From positions 1-53,638 of IMG/VR virus record IMGVR_UViG_3300023174_000219: a stretch of DNA of 53,638 nucleotides. One strand, 5' to 3'. Position 1 is the first letter of the stretch, and each line of letters begins with the position of its first letter. Shown here piece by piece: positions 15,923 through 24,170 of the stretch. The position numbers were made by a program, and so were the translations under genes. This stretch comes from a virus (lineage: Duplodnaviria > Caudoviricetes). The notes beneath the pieces were generated by a model. It was given only the letters and a program-made list of their open reading frames with translations, was not told where the DNA came from and did no database searches.

Positions 15923-18914
15923 TTCCGAACCTCCTTCTGAAAGCCACTATAGCTGCTGTAAGTACCAGCACCTTTTTAGCCTTCTTTCTTGTTACTGGAC
16001 TCATATCGTTTCCAATGTTAGCCATAGCAGCATATGCTGCCCCTACTGCCTGTATTGCCTCACCAGCGCCTGGAATGGCATCTAGGGCCGCTGGAAGAAA
16101 TGTACACTGCTCTATTGGGTGTTCATTACCATCTATATCTATATGAATTTCCTTATCGTTTCTAACTTCTGTTTTACATACGTATGTCATAAGTACTGGA
16201 ACCGCAATATCTGGTGAATTAAATGATGTTCCTCCAGGCTGTCCAATGAATGTATCTTGTGTTGTAATTGCTTCTGCAGGAATTGGAAGTCCAGATCCTG
16301 GAGGTGGAGGAGGAGGAGTTAATTTACCGTCTTCTCCTATAACTTGTGGAGCAGACTTTGTGCCAAAGAATTGAATTCCACCATTTTCAATACCTGGCTT
16401 ATCAACTTGAACTTTTGCAACTAAGTCTTGAGGATCTGGTAGCTTTGGCTTATCTGTTGGTAATTGATCTGGGTTATTTGACTTTACACCAATAGCATCT
16501 TCTAATTTCTTTGCTTCCGCCGCTTTTTCTGCAGCTATTTTAGATGCCTCTGCTTTAGCAGCATCTGATTTTGCTTGTGCATCTTTTGCTGCCTGAGCTG
16601 CCGCTTTTTCTTCTGCTAACTTGTTTGCTTGATCTTGTGCTTCTTTTGCTGCTGCATCCGCTGCTGCTTTATCCGCTGCTGCTTTATCCGCTGCTGCTTT
16701 ATCTGCTTCTGCCTGTGCAGCTGCTGCTGCTTCTGCAGCGGCTTTGTCTGCTTCTGCCTTTGCTGCAGCTTCGGCCTGTGCCTGTGCCTCTGCTTCTGCT
16801 TTTGCTGCAGCTTCCGCTGCTGCTTTATCTGCTTCTGCCTGTGCAGCTGCTGCTGCTTCTGCAGCGGCTTTGTCTGCTTCTGCCTTTGCTGCAGCTTCCG
16901 CTGCTGCTTTAGCTTCTGCTTCTGCTTTAGCCGCAGCTTCTGCGGCTACCTTAGCTTCCGCTTCTGCCTTTGCTGCAGCTTCCGCTGCTGCCTTAGCTTC
17001 TGCAGCGGCTTGAGCAGCTGCTTGTTCCGCTGCAGCTGCTGCTGCTTCTGCGGCTGCTTGTGCTGATGCAGCTGCAGCTGCCTGAGCTGCCGCTACTCTA
17101 GCAGACTCTTCTGCAGTTTTTTGTTCAATAATTGAAGTTAAATTAGATTGTATGCTTTCAATATTAGATGATTGTACAGTTACTGTTCCCACTGCTTGTG
17201 AGACTGCAACAAGGCTCTCTGTTTTTGTTTGCAATGTAGCTGTTGCTGTTTCTACTGTAGATGCATTAATAGCAAGGGTTGTGCTTGCTTGAGCCAATGT
17301 ATTAGAGGCTGAATTTAATGTGCTTGTCTGTAATGTAGTTTGTAATGGTCTTGGTGCAGTTACAGATACTGCATTATTAGCATTATTATTTGCCACCACA
17401 TTGGTTATGGCAGCATTTAATGTTGCAATTTGAGCATTGGCATTATCAATTGCTGTCTGAATTGCTGCTGTTGATGGATCTGGAGTAGGTGTAAAAGATG
17501 CACCCTGACTTAATGTTCCATTAAATCCAGGTCCTGAATTTGTATCTGCTATTGCAGTAACTGTGCCATTTGTGGTCTCTCTATAATTAAATCTTGCCCC
17601 ATTAGGAATTGGGCCAGTCACACTTACATCCGCCATCCAAGCACCATCTGCTGGATTAACATCAGCATTGAATCTAATTTGTGTCATTTGAGTTTCTGCG
17701 GTTGTAAGTGGATATACTCTAACATCCCACGCAACATTTAAAGTATTTGTAGTTGTTGAGTATGTAATACCAGATCCTGAAGACCAGGTGGTCCAGTCAT
17801 ATCCAGCAATAGAAATTGACGGGGCAGAAGGTGTTGAATAATAGTTTGATCCTTCATTAACTCCAAATGTTATTGTGCCGTTTGAACCAACATAGACATT
17901 TGTATAAACAGTATTTCCCATACGTAAATTAAATGGAAGATTCATTCTAACGCCAGCATCATCTACTCCAGCAAGTACGTTTGTTGATGCTCCAATTGTT
18001 GCTGCTAATGCATTAACCGCATCCTGAGCATTATTAATTGCAACGTTAGCTTCTGTTAATTGGGTTTGAGCATTTGTTCTAGCAGTAGATATTGCTGCTA
18101 CCGCAGTATTAGCATTTGTAATTGCTGTAGCAGTATTTGTTGCTGTAGCAGTAGCAGATTCAACTGCTGTATTTGCTGCAGTAATTGCAGTTTGAGCAGA
18201 CTCAACTGCTGTAGAAGCATTTGTAATTGTAGTATTTGCTGTTTCTATAGCTGCTTGAGCGGTTGCAACAGATGTCGATGCATCAGATACTACCTGTGAA
18301 ACTTGAGCAAGTGTGGTGGGGTCTGGATTTACTTGAGTTGCAACGCTAGAAATTATTGTAGCTGTAGAAGACTCAACTGCTGTTATCGCAGATGTAACTA
18401 CTGATTGAGCGGCATTTGCTGATTCTAATGTATTTGCATTTGTTACAGCAGTTTCTGCTGAATTTACTGCTTGAGTTGCTTGTGTAGCAGATTCAGTAAC
18501 TGTGGAGACTACTGGTGTTAAATTTGTAACTTGACTTACAGCAGTATTAACATTTGTTGTTGCTGTAGTTGCATCTGATACCGCAGTATTTGCTGTGGAC
18601 ACAGCTGTTGATGCTGCTTGAATTGCTGTATTTGCTGTTGCAACTGCAGTAGACTGTTGTTGAATAGCTGTGTTTGCTATTGCAACTGTTGCTGTTGCAG
18701 TATCTATTACTGCAGTTGTATTAATTGAAGCAGCAACAGCTTGGTTTACTTCAGATGTAGCTGTTGATAATGCTGTATTAACAGCCTGTTGTGCTGGGCT
18801 TACAACAACTTGTTCAACTGGTGCTGGATCATCTGCATACGCATAAGTTGGTCCAACAAAAAGCAACCAGCCCATAACAAATAGGCTGGCAAAAGTTAAT
18901 TTAATTCTAGTCAA
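15915..18914 (-). CDS. 999-aa secreted/membrane-tethered protein with Ala/Thr coiled coils, globular beta insert and TolA-like AEAAAK repeats
   Basis: AGGAG RBS + TTG; signal peptide to AYA; NVYVGSNGTITF (nidogen-like) segment; C-terminal KKAKKVLVLTAAIVAFRRR anchor-like. Confidence 0.85.
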   Translation of the reverse strand: MTRIKLTFASLFVMGWLLFVGPTYAYADDPAPVEQVVVSPAQQAVNTALSTATSEVNQAVAASINTTAVIDTATATVAIANTAIQQQSTAVATANTAIQAASTAVSTANTAVSDATTATTNVNTAVSQVTNLTPVVSTVTESATQATQAVNSAETAVTNANTLESANAAQSVVTSAITAVESSTATIISSVATQVNPDPTTLAQVSQVVSDASTSVATAQAAIETANTTITNASTAVESAQTAITAANTAVESATATATNTATAITNANTAVAAISTARTNAQTQLTEANVAINNAQDAVNALAATIGASTNVLAGVDDAGVRMNLPFNLRMGNTVYTNVYVGSNGTITFGVNEGSNYYSTPSAPSISIAGYDWTTWSSGSGITYSTTTNTLNVAWDVRVYPLTTAETQMTQIRFNADVNPADGAWMADVSVTGPIPNGARFNYRETTNGTVTAIADTNSGPGFNGTLSQGASFTPTPDPSTAAIQTAIDNANAQIATLNAAITNVVANNNANNAVSVTAPRPLQTTLQTSTLNSASNTLAQASTTLAINASTVETATATLQTKTESLVAVSQAVGTVTVQSSNIESIQSNLTSIIEQKTAEESARVAAAQAAAAASAQAAAEAAAAAAEQAAAQAAAEAKAAAEAAAKAEAEAKVAAEAAAKAEAEAKAAAEAAAKAEADKAAAEAAAAAQAEADKAAAEAAAKAEAEAQAQAEAAAKAEADKAAAEAAAAAQAEADKAAADKAAADKAAADAAAKEAQDQANKLAEEKAAAQAAKDAQAKSDAAKAEASKIAAEKAAEAKKLEDAIGVKSNNPDQLPTDKPKLPDPQDLVAKVQVDKPGIENGGIQFFGTKSAPQVIGEDGKLTPPPPPPGSGLPIPAEAITTQDTFIGQPGGTSFNSPDIAVPVLMTYVCKTEVRNDKEIHIDIDGNEHPIEQCTFLPAALDAIPGAGEAIQAVGAAYAAMANIGNDMSPVTRKKAKKVLVLTAAIVAFRRRFGND
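16657..16898. repeat. intragenic tandem and direct repeats
   Basis: 15-bp TCCGCTGCTGCTTTA x3 from 16657; 86-bp exact direct repeat 16687-16772 / 16813-16898. Confidence 0.85.
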
Positions 18915-18995
18915 TTAAGACTCTCCTCAGTAAAACAATATTTTTGTTTACTTAAGGATTATATCAGACTAATTATAATAATTTAAATTAGTTAA

Positions 18996-19181
18996 CTATT
19001 TTGGGTTATCTGTTTTGTAAAAACCAGTACCGTTAAACTGTATTCCGAACGATCCGTAGTGTCTTGTAAGGTTTGCATTACACTTTTCACAGCCATAAGT
19101 TGGCTCATCTTCACTAATGCTACGCTCAAACTGTACAATGTCTTCTGGAGAACACTCACACTTATATTCGTAAATAGGCAT
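18996..19181 (-). CDS. FmdB family zinc-ribbon protein
   Basis: MPIYEYKCEC...CEKC...FNGTGFYKTD. Confidence 0.9.
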   Translation of the reverse strand: MPIYEYKCECSPEDIVQFERSISEDEPTYGCEKCNANLTRHYGSFGIQFNGTGFYKTDNPK

Positions 19182-19588
19182 TACTTACCGCTTTTCTTCC
19201 TCGCTTTTGCTAAGGCATCAAAGTCCTTGACCTTAGTATCTCCTAAATAACCCCATGCATATCCATCTTCAATCATCTTTTCATTCAATGATACTTTAGC
19301 ATCATCAAGGTAAACCCACCCTAAAATTCTTCCATACTTTTCTGAGCTGTCCATCTTTTCTGTCTTAATTACAACAGTCTTAGCAGCTTCAATTTCATGC
19401 TTCAGATAAGCTTTTGCCTCAAGCCCAAGAGCTTTCTCCATCTTATCTGCAGTTCTGCTTTCTGGTGTATCAATACCAGCTAAACGAACTCTAGAGCTAA
19501 ATGAGATATCAAATCCGAGATCAATATCTACATCAATTGTGTCTCCGTCCACAACTTTTGTAACCTTCTTTACATAATACTCAAACAT
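19181..19588 (-). CDS. thermonuclease (SNase-like) family nuclease
   Basis: KVVDGDTI...VRLAGIDTPE...KYGRILG; AAGGAG RBS before ATG 19588. Confidence 0.9.
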   Translation of the reverse strand: MFEYYVKKVTKVVDGDTIDVDIDLGFDISFSSRVRLAGIDTPESRTADKMEKALGLEAKAYLKHEIEAAKTVVIKTEKMDSSEKYGRILGWVYLDDAKVSLNEKMIEDGYAWGYLGDTKVKDFDALAKARKKSGK

Positions 19589-19592
19589 GATT

Positions 19593-19686
19593 CTCCTTAA
19601 TATTAAGGAGCAGTTTATCGACATGCTCAGGTCCATCCTCGGGTAGCGCCCGAATGGTCTGCGACTCCCCAGTGACGGGGTGCAGA
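19593..19686 (-). ncRNA. candidate structured cis-regulatory leader RNA
   Basis: Nested stems TCTGC/GCAGA, CCCC/GGGG, CCAT-TCGGG/CCCGA-ATGG, GAGCA/TGCTC and perfect palindrome CTCCTTAATATTAAGGAG over the RBS; -10 TATAAT at 19697-19692. Confidence 0.65.
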
Positions 19687-19701
19687 TCTTTATTATACTA
19701 T

Positions 19702-20121
19702 TTATTTTATCTTGATGGTCTTTGGCTTCTTTTCTTCAGGCACAATGCGCTCTACTAATACAGATAGCATACCATTCTTAAATTCAGCCGAAATTACTTC
19801 CATATACTCACCAAGCGCAAATGTGCGTGTGAATTTACGTGTAGCAATTCCCTTATGCAGTACTTCTTCTGTTGTTTCTGATCCAACTTCTCCCTTAATA
19901 ATCAGAGTTCCGTTATCTACAGATACATCTACGTCCTTCTTATCGAATCCAGCAACTGCTAGATCTACACGATACGAGTCTTCGTCAATCTTTACGATAT
20001 CGTAAGGTGGATATGATTGATGCACTGATGCATTATGAATTGAATTTAAGCGGTCCAATGTGTGATTGAAACCAATAAAAAATGGATCCTTAAAAAGATC
20101 CAATGTGTATGATGTTACCAT
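19702..20121 (-). CDS. Hsp20/IbpA-like small heat-shock protein
   Basis: YPPYDI...LAVAGF...HKGIATRKFTRTF.L...A.F.NGML. Confidence 0.95.
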   Translation of the reverse strand: MVTSYTLDLFKDPFFIGFNHTLDRLNSIHNASVHQSYPPYDIVKIDEDSYRVDLAVAGFDKKDVDVSVDNGTLIIKGEVGSETTEEVLHKGIATRKFTRTFALGEYMEVISAEFKNGMLSVLVERIVPEEKKPKTIKIK

Positions 20122-20148
20122 TTTATTTCTCCTTTAAGCAAATAAATT

Positions 20149-20190
20149 AATATACGGGCCCCTAATGGCGACCCGTATATTATTATAGCA
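20149..20190 (-). promoter_or_regulatory. hsp20 promoter with 5' hairpin
   Basis: TGCTATAAT (20190-20182) then AATATACGGG...CCCGTATATT 10-bp stem. Confidence 0.7.
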
Positions 20191-20196
20191 AATGTT

Positions 20197-20940
20197 TTAT
20201 AAAAACTTAATAAGTTCTGCCCAAGTTTTTGGACCAATAATTCCGTTTGAATCTACTAAGTCATGATTATCTTGGAATGCAATTACAGCCTTCTTTGTTG
20301 CTGGGCCGTAATCTCCGTCTGCAAGTAGTCCGAGTGCCTTCTGTACTACCTTAACTCCCTCACCCTTAGCGCCAGGCTTAATCTGTCCTGGGAATGCTGG
20401 TGCTTCTGGTGCTGGAACTTTTGCTGTTACGTCGTTACCCTTATAATTTGGGCGACCCCATCCAACAATTGAAACCATAACTTTCTTTTTATTAGACTTA
20501 TATGCACGAACCTGCTCACAAACTTCTCCACCATTACGCTGTGATCCAGATTTCTTTGAAGATGTATTACCTTCTAGTGCTGTTACTGTTCCGTCTCCGT
20601 TATCTTTTACGCAAATTCCAACATGGGAAATTCTATCGACACCATCTCCTGGAAAATCAAAATAAAGAATATCTCCTGGCTGAGGAGCTGTTCCATTATC
20701 TGCCTCAAACCATGTGCCCATCTTTTTAAATGCTGCTGCTCCTGCAACAGTTGAAACTGTATTTGGAACCTTTACTCCAGCCTGATTAGCGCACCACATT
20801 ACATAGCTTCCGCACCATGGCAAAAAGTTAGCCTTTGTAAATGCACCGTATTTTGTTTCATTATCCTTCGGGCCTTCAATAACCCCTACTTCTTTATATG
20901 CAACTTCAATTATAGCTGCAGCTGTTCCTTTATCTGCCAT
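20197..20940 (-). CDS. endolysin: CHAP amidase domain plus peptidoglycan-binding domain
   Basis: PWCGSYV...PQPGDI...SHVGI...EGNT; C-terminal VQKALGLLADGDYGPATKKAVIAFQ...GIIGPKTW. Confidence 0.92.
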   Translation of the reverse strand: MADKGTAAAIIEVAYKEVGVIEGPKDNETKYGAFTKANFLPWCGSYVMWCANQAGVKVPNTVSTVAGAAAFKKMGTWFEADNGTAPQPGDILYFDFPGDGVDRISHVGICVKDNGDGTVTALEGNTSSKKSGSQRNGGEVCEQVRAYKSNKKKVMVSIVGWGRPNYKGNDVTAKVPAPEAPAFPGQIKPGAKGEGVKVVQKALGLLADGDYGPATKKAVIAFQDNHDLVDSNGIIGPKTWAELIKFL

Positions 20941-20941
20941 T

Positions 20942-21121
20942 TTATTCTCCTTTTAAAATTGATTTTTTAATTTTTTTATTATCCGCTTCAGATGCGTACA
21001 GTGCTCTCATGTGAGCAACTGCACGAGACTTGCTTGGATGGCACCCTACAAGCTCTCCTGTTTCTTTAACAACTGCGAATCCTTTACAGCCAGCAGCACC
21101 CTGCTTTACTTTCCAAGGCAT
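20942..21121 (-). CDS. 59-aa conserved phage peptide (not in ORF track)
   Basis: TAATG coupling; MPWKVKQGAAGCKGFAVVKETGELVGCHPSKSRAVAHMRALYASE. Confidence 0.7.
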   Translation of the reverse strand: MPWKVKQGAAGCKGFAVVKETGELVGCHPSKSRAVAHMRALYASEADNKKIKKSILKGE

Positions 21122-21576
21122 TAGAAATTCACCATGCTTTTAAGAGATGCTGTAATTTTCCATCTCCATTTTTCATGAGATGTAATTCTATCTGCAAAGA
21201 AGTTTGCAACTCCCTGCTCGTTTGCATCATTTGCAATTATAAATCCAGCCTTTAAATCTGTAATAATTTGCTCATTAGAAGAAAGCAATGACTGAAGCAT
21301 CTCAATAGGGCTTGTTACATTCATATCTAAATCATACTTAACATTAGATGTCTCATAAATCTTTACTGTATCAAACTCTGCCTTCCCGCCAAAAGATCTG
21401 ATCCATTCTGCAAACGTATCCACGGCTCCGTCTGCATCCTCGTAGATTTCCCCAAACATCTCATGAAACTGATCAAACAAGATGCCTTCCACATTCCAGT
21501 GGTATCCGTGTGCCTTTGTCCCATAAATAAATGAATTTGACTGAAGTACTCTTAGTGCTTGAATTAAAGATTCCAT
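21121..21576 (-). CDS. dps: Dps family ferritin-like protein
   Basis: KAHGYHWNVEG..F...HEMF.EIYE....AVDTFAE; HEKWRW; start ATG 21576. Confidence 0.92.
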   Translation of the reverse strand: MESLIQALRVLQSNSFIYGTKAHGYHWNVEGILFDQFHEMFGEIYEDADGAVDTFAEWIRSFGGKAEFDTVKIYETSNVKYDLDMNVTSPIEMLQSLLSSNEQIITDLKAGFIIANDANEQGVANFFADRITSHEKWRWKITASLKSMVNF

Positions 21577-21629
21577 TTGTCCCCCTAAAATTATATATAT
21601 CAATTATAGCATTTGTACCGTTACACAAG

Positions 21630-21702
21630 CGCCCTCGGCAGGGATCGAACCTGCGACGCAGACCTTAGAAGAGTCTCGCTCTGTCCACTGAGCTACGAAG
21701 GC
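21630..21702 (-). tRNA. tRNA-Arg(TCT)
   Basis: GCCTTCG/CGAGGGC acceptor, CTTCTAA anticodon loop, GGTTCGATCCC T arm; CCA not encoded. Confidence 0.93.
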
Positions 21703-21708
21703 TTAAAA

Positions 21709-22020
21709 TCAATTGTTTGGCATATCTGGTATATCCATTTGAACTATACCAAACTCCTTAGCCATGGCCTTTCCTTCTTCTGTTAACTCTAGGGTTGCTT
21801 CTAAATTTTCGTTATATGAAACAGATACTAATCCCATATCATATAGCGACATGAGCGACTCGTCTACATGCTTTTCGTGAGCCTCCCATAAATCTGGAGC
21901 TAATTTTTTAGCTGCTTCTGTAATAGCATATATAAATTCACCATCTTCAGATATACCAGCCACTTCTACTGCGCCTATTTCAATATAATAATTTAAAATA
22001 TCATCTGCATCGTCTTTCAT
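21709..22020 (-). CDS. winged-helix-like hypothetical protein
   Basis: LYDMGLV...LELTEEGK pattern. Confidence 0.7.
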   Translation of the reverse strand: MKDDADDILNYYIEIGAVEVAGISEDGEFIYAITEAAKKLAPDLWEAHEKHVDESLMSLYDMGLVSVSYNENLEATLELTEEGKAMAKEFGIVQMDIPDMPNN

Positions 22021-22034
22021 ATAACACCTTTCTG

Positions 22035-22109
22035 TGCAACAGGTAGGACTTGAACCTACGAATAACCGAATTATGAGTTCGGGGCCTTAACCAACTTGGC
22101 TACTGTTGC
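22035..22109 (-). tRNA. tRNA with CAT anticodon (elongator Met or Ile2)
   Basis: GCAACAG/CTGTTGC acceptor, CTCATAA loop, GGTTCAAGTCC T arm; paired 1:72 argues against initiator; promoter TTGACA-N18-TACAAT at 22148-22119. Confidence 0.9.
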
Positions 22110-22116
22110 CAAGTGT

Positions 22117-22368
22117 CTATTGTAACGTGCCGTCTTCGTTTTTGTCAATAGTTTCTTCAACTATTTGTTGTACATATTCAGAAAAATGTTTTCTAATATT
22201 GCCCATTGGCCTAGACCCAGATGCTTTCCATATTCTTTTATATTCAATTACATTTGCAAATGTGGTAGGGCATAACATTGTTCCATTATACTCTTTAAGT
22301 ACAGTTGGTAGCGGAACATGTTTACCGCAACATTTGCATTCTTTAGCTTTTTCTTGATATAGGCTCAT
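22117..22368 (-). CDS. zinc-binding hypothetical protein
   Basis: CKCCGKH...LCP; coupled to terminase. Confidence 0.7.
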   Translation of the reverse strand: MSLYQEKAKECKCCGKHVPLPTVLKEYNGTMLCPTTFANVIEYKRIWKASGSRPMGNIRKHFSEYVQQIVEETIDKNEDGTLQ

Positions 22369-24170
22369 AGTATCATCATTCTTTCCATCGATTCTCTTAG
22401 GTCTTCTGGCATTCTAGGTGCACGAATCATATTTTGAACATACTCCTTCTCGCCATCTGCGTCAGTATTAAAGTCATTATCAAAACTCATAGACTCGTAT
22501 GTATGAATTTTAATTTCTTCATTTGTATCAAACTTACTTCTACTTATTGAATTAAAAATTGATCCGCATACAGCATCCGCCAAGTCCTTTGAACCCTTTC
22601 TTGGGTGGTCAACTCTATCACGCATAATTTTTAACTGAAGTAATTCATCTATAAGTAATTTAATATGTGGTCCAGTTAATCTTTCTTCTGCAACTACCAT
22701 TGCCATATCATCGTAATGTTTTTTAGCAACAGACAGAATCTCTGTGTTGATGCCATATTGTTTTAGTTGCTGCATCATATCATGAGAATTCCATCTGTCA
22801 AAAGTACAGACACGTATCTTAAATCCACGAGTTCTTAAAGACAGAATGTAGTCTTTAACTTCTGTAAAGTCTACAGATTTATCTGCAGTCGGCGTCCAAT
22901 ATCTAACTGCATCTACTTCAACCATTGGAGCTGGTTGAGAATAAGTATCTGTAACTTTTATGTTAACCCATTTATTAACGTGTGACATTGCTACAGCACA
23001 ATGGTCATGCTTCTGTGCAAGGTCTACGTGTATGAAATACTCTTTGTCTGGGTCTGGAATAAACCACTCTTCAAGTCTTCCAAAATTATCTACAGCAAGG
23101 TGCGCCTTATTAAATGCTTTTTCAATCTTTTCTCTTGACTTAAAGAAAGCATCTACTGCATCTGGTGGCATACATGCAAATCTGGATAGGGCATCTAGAG
23201 GGTTTGTAAAGAAAGCAACTTTAAAATCATCAATCTTTCTAACTGGATTGATCTCCCATGTAGGTCTCTTTAGAGCATATACTTTAGGAATCTTGTATGA
23301 AACAATATGATCTTCTTCCCACTCAACACTAAATTCATTGCCTTCCGTTCCATCTGGAAGATCCTCATCCATTTTAAATTTATGATCACGAATAATTGTT
23401 TGCTTCTCTGCCACAACAGCGTCGTAGCGCTGTTGGATATAATCATTCTTATATCTTGGGAATGAAAGCAATATGACTTTACCAAAGTCTGGGAAACGTG
23501 AGTCTACTGACGCCCTGTACATATCATATATAGCCGCACCAGTCTTTGCCTGTTCATGACCAGTTGTATTTTCAATGGCAAAACCTGAAATCTCATCAAG
23601 GATGACAACAATAACGTTATACCCTTCCCATGCTTCACGCTCAGAGTGTCCAGAGTGTACGGTTATAGCTTTATCAAATTTAATTTCCGCTGCTTTATCG
23701 CTATACTTTCCAGCAAACCACGGTGACTTTTCAATACGTGTTTTAAATCCTTTAAAGAAAACATTGCTTGCCTGTTGAGAGTTGATAGCGATATTAATAA
23801 TATCAATTGAGTCTCCAGGTGGCTTGCCATAATATGTTGCTGGATCTTTTAGACACAATAGCAAATAAACTATATAGGCAACTGCGATTGTAGAACAGTA
23901 GTCTTTACCGCTACCTTTACCTAATTGTGCGACAACTTCGTTTGCAGTCTGCTTAAACCTAACCTTGCCTTCTTGTTCCCCAAATAATTTAATTAAAGTA
24001 GATTCTTTATATATCTGTGAGCTTTTTTCAATTAATGTATATTGGTAATCTGAAAGAGGTGGTAGCCCTAAGTAGTCTGGATGATTTACAAATGTTTTTA
24101 AATCGACTGGCTTTTCATCAAACTCTTCACCGTCAAGTAAATCAATTAGATCACCAAAATTAAGATCCAC
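22365..24170 (-). CDS. terL: terminase large subunit
   Basis: Walker A LGKGSGKD, Walker B VILDEISG, LLSFPR motif, nuclease IHVDLA...FDRWNS...DHP..GSKDLADA. Confidence 0.92.
   Translation of the reverse strand: MDLNFGDLIDLLDGEEFDEKPVDLKTFVNHPDYLGLPPLSDYQYTLIEKSSQIYKESTLIKLFGEQEGKVRFKQTANEVVAQLGKGSGKDYCSTIAVAYIVYLLLCLKDPATYYGKPPGDSIDIINIAINSQQASNVFFKGFKTRIEKSPWFAGKYSDKAAEIKFDKAITVHSGHSEREAWEGYNVIVVILDEISGFAIENTTGHEQAKTGAAIYDMYRASVDSRFPDFGKVILLSFPRYKNDYIQQRYDAVVAEKQTIIRDHKFKMDEDLPDGTEGNEFSVEWEEDHIVSYKIPKVYALKRPTWEINPVRKIDDFKVAFFTNPLDALSRFACMPPDAVDAFFKSREKIEKAFNKAHLAVDNFGRLEEWFIPDPDKEYFIHVDLAQKHDHCAVAMSHVNKWVNIKVTDTYSQPAPMVEVDAVRYWTPTADKSVDFTEVKDYILSLRTRGFKIRVCTFDRWNSHDMMQQLKQYGINTEILSVAKKHYDDMAMVVAEERLTGPHIKLLIDELLQLKIMRDRVDHPRKGSKDLADAVCGSIFNSISRSKFDTNEEIKIHTYESMSFDNDFNTDADGEKEYVQNMIRAPRMPEDLRESMERMMIL

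Noticed and set aside
16571-17066. Cys-rich, Leu-rich and Ala/Ser-rich + strand ORFs (145, 113 and 89 aa)
   Set aside because: Antisense shadows of the AEAAAK repeat in the 999-aa gene; no RBS, and composition is dictated by GCT/GCA repeats.
19600-19686. tRNA or hammerhead ribozyme
   Set aside because: No TTC T-loop or cloverleaf; CTGAGCA does not match the CUGANGA core and there is no correctly placed GAAA.
20122-20181. ROSE-type RNA thermometer for hsp20
   Set aside because: The strong hairpin does not include the Shine-Dalgarno; more likely a 5' stabiliser or the endolysin terminator.
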